NCBI GenBank assembly: GCA_002352485.1
Contig: DEIM01000225.1
Location: forward strand, 12,450 to 53,203
Direction: 5' to 3'
Length of the DNA stretch: 40,754 nt
DNA from: Candidatus Dadabacteria bacterium UBA2774
GTDB lineage: Bacteria > Desulfobacterota_D > UBA1144 > Nemesobacterales > UBA2774
Shown here: positions 26,470 to 33,952 of the stretch, piece by piece
How positions within the stretch are numbered: the first letter of the stretch is position 1
Layout: each line of letters opens with the position of its first letter
The notes under the pieces: generated by a model
What the model was told of the DNA's origin: nothing
The model's input: the letters and a program-made list of their open reading frames with translations, nothing else
Databases searched by the model: none
Translations under genes and position numbers: made by a program

Positions 26470-26490
26470 GGGGGAGTACCATACTCCCCC
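26470..26490 (+). terminator. strong hairpin after the acidic-peptide gene (candidate intrinsic terminator)
   Basis: GGGGGAGTA (26470-26478), loop CCA, TACTCCCCC (26482-26490): 9 perfect bp. The 3' tail ttgattcctt is only moderately U-rich. Confidence 0.45.
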
Positions 26491-26545
26491 TTGATTCCTT
26501 CCTCCCTATCTATAAAACAACAACAAGCTGTGATACCCTTTAAGT

Positions 26546-26758
26546 ATGTCTTTACTTACAACTATATTGATCGTATCGAATTTTTATCTTGCGCAACCGG
26601 GATCTGAGTTTATACAGATTCAAAACGATTCGAAGCTATATTGCGACAGGGCGTATGAGATCTGCCTGACCGAGATTTGCACGAGTCCCGATCCTGTGGA
26701 AAAAAAGAAGTGTATGGACCGGTGCTACCGGGATTTAAAGGAATGTGAAAAGAGCTAG
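26546..26758 (+). CDS. small Cys-rich protein (70 aa, 6 Cys), unknown function
   Basis: No obvious SD. Hydrophobic N-terminus, then CDRAYEICLTEIC...CMDRCYRDLKEC. Coding status is supported by the mostly synonymous divergence from the duplicated 3' end at 28679-28752. Confidence 0.5.
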   Translation: MSLLTTILIVSNFYLAQPGSEFIQIQNDSKLYCDRAYEICLTEICTSPDPVEKKKCMDRCYRDLKECEKS

Positions 26759-26940
26759 GATAGATTCAGGGATTTTCGCTCAGCCAACTGTTTCCAAATA
26801 AGTATCCAAAACAAACCCTATTTATATAAGAGGATAGTATAATTTAACCCTGTGCCTATTTTATTACAGCAATATTTGCATGATTATCACAATCTCTGTT
26901 AGTATAAGATACTTAGTGCTTAATGGCGGAGGCGGTGAGC

Positions 26941-28632
26941 ATGAAAAAGTTAATAATTCTATCTGTGTCAGTAATTATAATCGCTCTTGGCACATACGGC
27001 GGGTGCGACAGCGGTTCGGGCAGTGCTATAATTGGACAGCCTCAGGTATCCAGAACCACGTTTGAGGGCGAGGAATCGAAAATAGCATCCATTACTATTC
27101 CCTTTTTCAGAAGTGTGCTTGAGGGACTAATAGTAAACGCGGGTATTGACTTCAACGGTGACGGTATAATCGCAAGCTATGATGCCGGGGGAGGAGAGCA
27201 GGAAGAGTGGATAATACAAAATAGCCTCCTGCCGATTACTGATACCGAATACACCACTGAATTTGAATTAGTGGATCCGGACATCATGCCCGGAGACATG
27301 ATAGAGGTAATAATTACAGCCGGAGGATCGGATGTCCCGGACCCCTGGGACGGAACGGTGCCTGATGATGCTATGAGCTTTGTAGGTCCTGTAGTTATAG
27401 GAACCGAGGACGTCGAAAACCTGGTTGACCCTGTAGAGGGAGCTGTGGGCTTTGGCTTAATCGCATCAAAGGCAGAGGCTCAGGACAGGAAAAAGATAGG
27501 CACCCCGAAAGATGATATAGGCACAGGGCCCGACAAGGTGGGGGAAATATTTATAAGGAGAGGGCTTCCCGACTCAAATCAGCAGTTTAACCATTGCGTC
27601 GGCAACTCTATAGCGAACTCACTCTCGTGGCTCGGACGAAAATGCGGGTTTGGGGATAAGTTTGTTTTAACAAACCCGGAGAACCCATCTGAGACGCTTC
27701 AACTCGATCTCACAGACAACATCGCTGTCGAATCCCTGGCTGCTGAGCTGATTGAAATTTACAAAACTATACCGGGCGCTACAAAAACAAGATCGGATAA
27801 CCAGTTCGGGGGAGTCGACAACAATTTTATACTTCAGGGTAAAGAGAAGATAACAACCATGTTCGCTCTTCCTATAACGAACCAATTGCTTTCGAGAGCC
27901 AAAGGTGAATTTAAGTTTCAGGACATAAAGAATTTTATGATGCAGGGGTGTGACGTCGAGTTAATATTGGTTATGTTAGACGAAGATACGGACAGCCCTT
28001 CGGGTCTCGGTCACGCAGTAACGCTCGCGGGCTACGTAGATAAAGGGGCCAGCAATAAGAGTTTAATAGTCCATGATCCGGGAACAAAAAATAAATTCAA
28101 TGAATTGCACAAATTAACCGAGTCCGAGGCAGGCGGGCTTACGTTCCCCTATACATTTCTGAAGAAAAGAAGAAAAGCACTTGTAGACCTAATTCTTGTG
28201 GAGTGCTGTACAATCGACTCACCACCCGGTATGCCCCCTCCCCCTACACCGGAACCCACACCTGAGCCTACACCGGCGGCGACCCCTATGCCTACACCCG
28301 AGCCGACCCCAGGGCCATCTCCTGAACCTGTAAAACAGGAAGGATTTTATCAGTCTGTGTCCGGTTCCTGCGGGATTGAGGGCTTTACGCTTGACGTCTC
28401 AAGCGAGAACAATTTACTTCTGATGAACTTTGGTGAAAACGGGGGGAATGTTACATTTGCCAAGACTGAAAACCCCGATGTATTTCAATCAATCAGGGAC
28501 GGAGGGCTTATTATATTGGGAGCGCCCGGACACCAATGTACGATAACATGCGGACAGAACAATACTATTTCGCTTGTTTGTATCGGATCCGGAGGTTCAT
28601 GCACCCACACATTTCAGCTGATGCCTCAGTAG
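26941..28632 (+). CDS. exported (lipo)protein with a papain/C39-like cysteine peptidase signature, a Pro/Thr linker and a Cys-rich C-terminal domain
   Basis: The ATG at 26941 has SD ggagg (26928-26932); the ORF track starts at 26923. Signal and lipobox-like IIIALGTYGGC. DFNGDGII Ca-binding-like loop. Candidate catalytic Cys in NQQFNHCVGNS (tgc at 27596-27598). His in GHAVTLAGY (28012-28014), followed 21 aa later by HDPG. PT linker at 28219-28329. The peptidase assignment is motif-level only. Confidence 0.7.
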   Translation: MKKLIILSVSVIIIALGTYGGCDSGSGSAIIGQPQVSRTTFEGEESKIASITIPFFRSVLEGLIVNAGIDFNGDGIIASYDAGGGEQEEWIIQNSLLPITDTEYTTEFELVDPDIMPGDMIEVIITAGGSDVPDPWDGTVPDDAMSFVGPVVIGTEDVENLVDPVEGAVGFGLIASKAEAQDRKKIGTPKDDIGTGPDKVGEIFIRRGLPDSNQQFNHCVGNSIANSLSWLGRKCGFGDKFVLTNPENPSETLQLDLTDNIAVESLAAELIEIYKTIPGATKTRSDNQFGGVDNNFILQGKEKITTMFALPITNQLLSRAKGEFKFQDIKNFMMQGCDVELILVMLDEDTDSPSGLGHAVTLAGYVDKGASNKSLIVHDPGTKNKFNELHKLTESEAGGLTFPYTFLKKRRKALVDLILVECCTIDSPPGMPPPPTPEPTPEPTPAATPMPTPEPTPGPSPEPVKQEGFYQSVSGSCGIEGFTLDVSSENNLLLMNFGENGGNVTFAKTENPDVFQSIRDGGLIILGAPGHQCTITCGQNNTISLVCIGSGGSCTHTFQLMPQ

Positions 28633-28678
28633 TATATCCTTAGATAGGTTAATTATTATAAACGCGTTTTGGGGAAGA

Positions 28679-28752
28679 CCGGACCCTGTAGAAAAAAAAA
28701 GAAATGCATGGACCGCTGCTATAGGGATTTAAAGGAATATGAGAAGAGGTAG
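28679..28752 (+). pseudogene. frameshifted remnant of a paralog of the 26546-26758 Cys-rich ORF (3' end only)
   Basis: Hand alignment to 26687-26758: PDPVEKK[+2 nt in an A9 run]KCMDRCYRDLKEYEKR* versus PDPVEKKKCMDRCYRDLKECEKS*. There is no start codon or 5' half. The upstream frame is closed by TGA at 28619-28621. Confidence 0.6.
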
Positions 28753-28763
28753 TCCTTTAATAA

Positions 28764-28841
28764 TGGTCGGGGTGGCCGGACTTGAACCGGCGGCCTCTGC
28801 GTCCCGAACGCAACGCTCTAGCCAATCTGAGCTACACCCCG
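28764..28841 (-). tRNA. tRNA-Pro (anticodon CGG), CCA encoded
   Basis: Reverse complement folds as a cloverleaf: CGGGGTG TA GCTC AGATTGGCTA GAGC G TTGCG TTCGGGA CGCAG AGGCC GCCGG TTCAAGT CCGGC CACCCCG A CCA. 7-bp acceptor, 4-bp D, 5-bp anticodon and 5-bp T stems. 78 nt. Confidence 0.9.
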
Positions 28842-28945
28842 TATTAAAGATTTTACCCAGTAAACAAGACATTACCAGACCAATCTGAGCTTACTCGCTG
28901 GACAATGGCAGGGCTGTCGAAGGCTAGACAGTTTTGCCTTCACTA

Positions 28946-29674
28946 CTACATCCTGTTGCACCTTAAGACAACCGCTCCACCGCTCGAATATTTCTTGGCA
29001 GGTGTGAATATCGGGTCTAATCCCGACATGTAATCCCCGTCTTTTCTAAGTGTAAAGTTCTTGCCTGCCATATAGTAACCATCAGGAAACTCTATATATA
29101 TATCAGCCTTATATTTACCTTTGACGTCTCCGCTTATTTTACCCCCGCCTTTATTTTTTATCCAAATATGGTCAGTGGCATTACCGGAGATGTGTCCTTC
29201 AAGATTGCTCCCATTTTGCCTGATGTTGAGTATTGCTTTTCCACATTCCCACATGCCGGAGAAGCTCTTAACCTTTGGATCACGGATAGAGGGATCCATA
29301 TTTAAAGCCTCATATGTTACACCCCAATATATAGAGTCCGGTTCCTGGTTAACACCGGGATTATTTCTCTGAAAAGATTTTTTCGTCTTATAATATTTAC
29401 CTGTTCTAGGATTTTTGTATCCTCTGGCTTCTGCATGGAAAGTTATTATTCCTACGGGCACACCAAATTCATGATATCCCCCGGGGGATATTTCAATCTC
29501 CTTAGTTATCATTTTCTTATCCGTGTAATCCGCATAATACTCTGTCCAGACAGTTAAAGTAATTCCTGTGTTATTTTTGATTGTTGCAGCAGTTAGCGGT
29601 CTATAAGCAAATGAATTACCCACTGTACAGAAAAGAAGAAAAAATGCTGCTAATGCTGTAATTGTTATCTTCAT
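28946..29674 (-). CDS. secreted hypothetical protein
   Basis: 242 aa with SD ggagga. Signal peptide MKITITALAAFFLLFCTVGNSFA. No recognisable domain. Confidence 0.7.
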   Translation of the reverse strand: MKITITALAAFFLLFCTVGNSFAYRPLTAATIKNNTGITLTVWTEYYADYTDKKMITKEIEISPGGYHEFGVPVGIITFHAEARGYKNPRTGKYYKTKKSFQRNNPGVNQEPDSIYWGVTYEALNMDPSIRDPKVKSFSGMWECGKAILNIRQNGSNLEGHISGNATDHIWIKNKGGGKISGDVKGKYKADIYIEFPDGYYMAGKNFTLRKDGDYMSGLDPIFTPAKKYSSGGAVVLRCNRM

Positions 29675-29795
29675 ATCAGGATTCCTCCATCTTTTTATTC
29701 AACGGTAAGTGAGCCAATTATTTGTGTTAGCTCCTGATTCATTTTACGAAGAAGGTTTATTTATCACCCGTTTTTTTAGGATCGTCTCAGCTATA

Positions 29796-30794
29796 TTAAT
29801 ATTCCACTAGCTCGACGCGCCTGTTTTTGGAACGACCCTCTTCCGTACTGTTGGAGACTACGGGGGCCAGAAAACCGAGACCTTTGGGGGTAACTCTTGC
29901 GGAGTCTATGCCGTGCTCGTTTACCAGAACCCCTACAACGGCCTGAGCACGTTTCTCTGATAAATTCGTATTATAGTCAATGCTGCCTTTGTTATCTGTG
30001 TGACCCACGATAAAGAGTTTAAGGTCCGGGTTGTCATTCAAAAGTGTCGCGATCTCCTTTATTGTCGCTGCCGACTCGGGTTTTATATCCGCCTTATCAA
30101 AGTCAAAGAGAATACCGTAGATCGAGATACTTCCGGTCTCGAAAATCTCCTCTGCCATAGCGTCGGCATCGACACTAACGAGCCCCTCGTCCATAGGCGC
30201 AATCTCGATTACATCTACTTGAGTGTAAATATGGTTCCTGTCGGGACCGCCGCCTGTGGTGTTCTTAACGGTATAAAGAGAAACGTATACATCGCCTTCA
30301 TCCCTTATGAGCTTAGCTGCCAGGAAGCGCTGCTCGTAATAGTTATCGCCAAAACCGTTTTTGTACTCGACCACTTTGTGGTTAAAGGGTCTCCCGCCGC
30401 ATTCTTTATTGCTGCAGGTGTAGAGGATTTCAAAACCCTCTGCTTTAAGCGCGTCTTCATAGTTCCTGAATACTTCTAGCGTAGAGCGGTCTTCAGGAAG
30501 GTAGTAGGCGATCATAGTGACCTTTCCTTCGAGCTTCTCACTCGACTCAGCTTTTGAATTGCCGGGCTCACTCGGGGCATGCACTACTTTTCCGGTAAGA
30601 ATATTGTACTCGTCAAACTCCCTGAAGTCATAGTCGATAATCTCTGTGCCTGGGTATCTGGACACCATGGGATGATCGGAGCTACCCTCGACATCCGCTG
30701 AATAGGCGGATTTAAGTGGCAAAACTACTAGCAGAGCCAGCAAAATTAGATTGAGTCTTAAAATATTAGACTTATCCATCGTGTTTCCCTCCAA
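29796..30794 (-). CDS. OmpA-family protein (C-terminal OmpA-like peptidoglycan-binding domain; N-terminal DUF4892-like domain)
   Basis: 332 aa with a signal peptide. C-terminal FDFDKADIKPES...GHTDNKGS..YN..LSEKRAQAV...NRRVELV. N-terminal SRYPGTEIIDYDFREFDEY, as in DUF4892/OmpA proteins. Confidence 0.85.
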   Translation of the reverse strand: MEGNTMDKSNILRLNLILLALLVVLPLKSAYSADVEGSSDHPMVSRYPGTEIIDYDFREFDEYNILTGKVVHAPSEPGNSKAESSEKLEGKVTMIAYYLPEDRSTLEVFRNYEDALKAEGFEILYTCSNKECGGRPFNHKVVEYKNGFGDNYYEQRFLAAKLIRDEGDVYVSLYTVKNTTGGGPDRNHIYTQVDVIEIAPMDEGLVSVDADAMAEEIFETGSISIYGILFDFDKADIKPESAATIKEIATLLNDNPDLKLFIVGHTDNKGSIDYNTNLSEKRAQAVVGVLVNEHGIDSARVTPKGLGFLAPVVSNSTEEGRSKNRRVELVEY

Positions 30795-30915
30795 TTGGAA
30801 AATGAATGGTTAATAATAAACGATATTACCCGGGGGAAGCAACTACTATTAATACCGGAGAGAGAAAGTGTTAAGATTGATATATAGCAGCCTGTATAGG
30901 TTGGAGTAAAACAAA

Positions 30916-31716
30916 ATGGAGTTAAAGGAACTCGGTAACACCGGAGTAATGATATCTGAGATTGGGCTTGGCACCTGGAGGTACAAGGGAGGGGTTGAAC
31001 CTCTGAAAAAGGGTATTGAGCTTGGCGCCACACTGATCGACACGGCTGAGGGCTACTATACGGAAGATGTTGTAGGAGAGGCGATCAAAGGTATACGAGA
31101 AAAAGTGTTTATAGCGACGAAAGTCTCGGGAAGACACCTGGCTCATGACGAAGTACTGCGCTCGTGCGAGCAGAGTTTATATGAGCTCGGCACCGATTAT
31201 ATAGACTTATACCAGGTCCACTGGCCTAACCCATCATATCCGATAAAGGGAACGATGGAGGCGATGGGAAAGCTCGCCGACAGGGGACTCGTTAGGTTCA
31301 TCGGGGTAAGCAACTTCGATATAGATGAGACAGAGGAGGCACAGGCTTATCTGGGTAACCACAAAATTGTATCGAACCAAATTAGATACAACCTGAACGA
31401 TAGATCGATAGAAGAAGACCTGCTGCCGTACTGTGAGGATCAGGGTATGACAGTGCTTGCCTATACGCCGCTTGACGACGGGAACCTCACGACAATGCCC
31501 ACAATGGGGAGCAAAGGGAAGATGGCTGTACTAAGGGATATTGCCGAAGAGACTAATAAGACACTCGGGCAGATCGCCCTTAACTGGTGCACAGTCAGAA
31601 GCAATGTAATAGCTATACCTAAATCAAACAGCGTCAAACGCACCGTAGAGAACTGCGGGGCTTCGGGGTGGAGGCTTACAAATGAGCAGGTCCAAAGGCT
31701 CGACGAAGCATTCTAG
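30916..31716 (+). CDS. aldo/keto reductase
   Basis: 266 aa. LGLGTW, IDTAEGY, DYIDLYQVHWP, GVSNF. Confidence 0.9.
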   Translation: MELKELGNTGVMISEIGLGTWRYKGGVEPLKKGIELGATLIDTAEGYYTEDVVGEAIKGIREKVFIATKVSGRHLAHDEVLRSCEQSLYELGTDYIDLYQVHWPNPSYPIKGTMEAMGKLADRGLVRFIGVSNFDIDETEEAQAYLGNHKIVSNQIRYNLNDRSIEEDLLPYCEDQGMTVLAYTPLDDGNLTTMPTMGSKGKMAVLRDIAEETNKTLGQIALNWCTVRSNVIAIPKSNSVKRTVENCGASGWRLTNEQVQRLDEAF

Positions 31717-31824
31717 AGCCGTTTTATTGTCAGAATGAATCTTTTGAAGGATCCGGCCAATCAAAATTTACGTATGTATAAACAAAGCAGAAAAATTACT
31801 TACGGGTTATCAGAAGGTTCGAAA

Positions 31825-32739
31825 ATGATAAAAAAAATACACGCACCGTTTAAGCTTGCAGTCCTAACCACAATATCAATACTACTGTTTGTGCTTCTAA
31901 TTAAAGGCCCTTCGAATTCATTTACCATAATATCCTATGGAGTCGAAAAAGCTGATAACACAGACTTTGACCAATCCTATGAAATTTACAATTCACTTCT
32001 CCAAAAATATGTTAGTAAAGGTAGAGTAAATTACCAAGGGTTTATTGAATCGAGGGGAGAATTAGAAGTCTTGCTAAAATCTATGGGCTCGGTTGACCCT
32101 GTGGAGTTCGATTCATGGTCTGAGCATGAGAAGCTCGCATTCTGGATAAACGCCTACAACATCTTTACGATTAAGGCAATTATCGACCATTATCCAATTA
32201 AGAGAAGCTTCAGTTTAGTCGGTATATTCTACGCACCTTCAAACAGCATACTGCAGATAAAAGGGGTATGGAAAAAGCTCCAGTTCCGGGCAGTAGGCAG
32301 AACGGTTACGCTGGATGAGATTGAGCACGAAATACTGAGAAAGGAGTTTAACGAGCCGAGGATACATACAGCAATTGTTTGCGCGTCGGTATCGTGCCCT
32401 GATCTTAGCAGCGAAGCCTATACGGGTGAAAAGATAGAGGAGCAGTTGGCGGTAGCGTCCGTCAGGTTCGTGAACAATCCTGACAAGGGAGTCTCCATTG
32501 ACGAGAAAGACGGCAGAGTTAAGATCTCAAAGATATTTAAATGGTTCGGGGATGATTTTATTAAAAATTACGGAGACGGAGCCAAATTTAAGAATAAGAG
32601 CCTAAAGAATAATTCCGTGCTCAATTTTATTCTGGACTACCTTGTTTCAGAGAGTAAGAAAGAGTACATCAAGAAAAACGATATCAAGCTCGGTTACCTG
32701 AAATACGACTGGCACTTAAATGAGATGCCGGAGACCTAA
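31825..32739 (+). CDS. DUF547 domain protein with an N-terminal membrane anchor
   Basis: Hallmark AFWINAYN motif. The ATG at 31825 (MIKKIHAPFKLAVLTTISILLF) follows agaagg. The ORF is open from 31735, but that extension has no SD and starts 19 nt after the AKR stop. Confidence 0.75.
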   Translation: MIKKIHAPFKLAVLTTISILLFVLLIKGPSNSFTIISYGVEKADNTDFDQSYEIYNSLLQKYVSKGRVNYQGFIESRGELEVLLKSMGSVDPVEFDSWSEHEKLAFWINAYNIFTIKAIIDHYPIKRSFSLVGIFYAPSNSILQIKGVWKKLQFRAVGRTVTLDEIEHEILRKEFNEPRIHTAIVCASVSCPDLSSEAYTGEKIEEQLAVASVRFVNNPDKGVSIDEKDGRVKISKIFKWFGDDFIKNYGDGAKFKNKSLKNNSVLNFILDYLVSESKKEYIKKNDIKLGYLKYDWHLNEMPET

Positions 32740-32865
32740 TCATTACATACAAACCTATATACCACCCCCATCCTTCATCCCCTTATTTCATTAGCAACAT
32801 AAATCCTTAAGATAAGTCAATGGATTTTAATTTTCCCTATTGCAATATTCTTCTCTCTGTAGTAT

Positions 32866-32874
32866 TGATATAAT
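32866..32874 (+). promoter_or_regulatory. candidate extended -10 promoter (TGaTATAAT)
   Basis: Exact TGnTATAAT match about 68 nt upstream of the GTG at 32942. It lies inside the TTG-initiated ORF-track extension, which argues against that extension. Confidence 0.35.
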
Positions 32875-32941
32875 CAATACCAATATTCACCAAAACCAGA
32901 GAAGGCGGATACGAGAAATAAAGTCTAAAGGGGGACTCACT

Positions 32942-33847
32942 GTGAGAGCCATACTCTCTAAAAATCGAGCCAATATTTCTCTTGGCATCTTATGTGTTTT
33001 CTTAATTTCATTATTCATACTTTCATCGTGCACCCAATACAAAGCGACTGTCCCCGCGCAGCCAACAGAACAAGAGGACACGTGCGTTTTATTACAGAAT
33101 GCTCAAAACCCTATTTGGGTTAAAGATGCTACACCAAAGAAAAAAGTGGCCGTGCTAACAGGACTCATTAAGGACCGTGACACCCTTAAGGACGGGAAGT
33201 GTGCTGGCACAGAGATCGGCATCAACCCTCACAGAAAAATCATAACCCTCGTAATGAATGCGGAAGGCGAAAAAAGGGGAGAAATATTTATTCCGCCAAC
33301 AACGGCAAACAGTGGTTTCATGCAGATGGTTGACCTGGCAACCTGTAAGGCAGGAGATATCAAAGAAATTGTATATGCCGAGGGTAACGGGGATAGCTGT
33401 ATTTATTCCTTCCCCCAGGTCGAAGATGTCGCAATGACGTATTCTGGTCAAGTATCTGCCACTGGCACAGTATTCCAAAGCAAGCCTTTCTGTGCAAGCA
33501 CACTGAACATAACTGGAGATGCCACCATCACGATCTTTGGTAGTGTAGCTCAAGTTGTACAAAACCTTACTAGAGTATTTGGAACACCTGGAGACGGTTG
33601 CTACTCAGGATTTACTGATAATTTCCAAAGTATCTACAGTCTCAATGTTGAAAAAGTAAATGGGTCTGTAAGTACAGAAGGAGGTTTAAAGGGTCCTGAT
33701 GATACGTATAGTTGGTCGTTGACTGGGGATGAACAAAGCCTATCGGGGTCATTTATCAATGACCACCATTATTGTTGCAGAAATGGTAACCATACTGGAA
33801 CGGCTGCAGGAGATGTTACATTGCCCAGACAAAACCAGGGTAAGTAA
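32942..33847 (+). CDS. lipoprotein, unknown function
   Basis: GTG at 32942 with SD aaaggggga (32928-32936). Signal and lipobox LFILSSC. 10 further Cys. No recognisable domain. The ORF track starts at the TTG at 32840. Confidence 0.6.
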   Translation: MRAILSKNRANISLGILCVFLISLFILSSCTQYKATVPAQPTEQEDTCVLLQNAQNPIWVKDATPKKKVAVLTGLIKDRDTLKDGKCAGTEIGINPHRKIITLVMNAEGEKRGEIFIPPTTANSGFMQMVDLATCKAGDIKEIVYAEGNGDSCIYSFPQVEDVAMTYSGQVSATGTVFQSKPFCASTLNITGDATITIFGSVAQVVQNLTRVFGTPGDGCYSGFTDNFQSIYSLNVEKVNGSVSTEGGLKGPDDTYSWSLTGDEQSLSGSFINDHHYCCRNGNHTGTAAGDVTLPRQNQGK

Positions 33848-33885
33848 GCCTGTCAAAAATCCGTCTCATCCGCGTGAATTAACAA

Positions 33886-33925
33886 AAAACGCTCAGCCAA
33901 ATGATTAGGTTTAACTGAGCGTTTT
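33886..33925. terminator. bidirectional hairpin between convergent genes
   Basis: AAAACGCTCAG (33886-33896) pairs perfectly with CTGAGCGTTTT (33915-33925). 18-nt loop. A/T runs flank the GC core on both sides. Confidence 0.45.
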
Positions 33926-33952
33926 CTAAAGGGAAAAATATGACGACTAAAG

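Noticed and set aside
26045-26482. ORFs 26045-26311 (+, 88 aa) and 26231-26482 (-, 83 aa) overlapping the acidic-peptide gene.
   Set aside because: The first starts upstream of the consensus promoter and has no SD. The second is the antisense reading of a GAA/GCN-rich sequence (an Ser/Ala/Pro-rich artefact). The SD-preceded frame starting at 26217 explains the region.
28219-28329. CCN/ACN-rich microsatellite-like DNA (acaccNgaRcc units).
   Set aside because: It encodes the in-frame Pro/Thr/Glu linker (PPPPTPEPTPEPTPAATPMPTPEPTPGPSPEP) of the 26941-28632 protein. It is a coding low-complexity linker, not an independent repeat element.
28904-28931. Short hairpin CTGTC-gaaggcta-GACAG followed by TTTT, between tRNA-Pro and the 28946-29674 gene.
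   Set aside because: The stem is only 5 bp. The T-run is on the plus strand, where no gene needs terminating. On the minus strand the run precedes the stem. This is too weak to call a terminator.
32840-32941. TTG-initiated N-terminal extension of the lipoprotein ORF. There is a similar 30-codon extension of the DUF547 ORF (31735-31824).
   Set aside because: Neither extension has an SD. The extended -10 promoter candidate (32866-32874) lies inside the first extension. In both cases the downstream starts have SDs and directly precede signal or anchor sequences.
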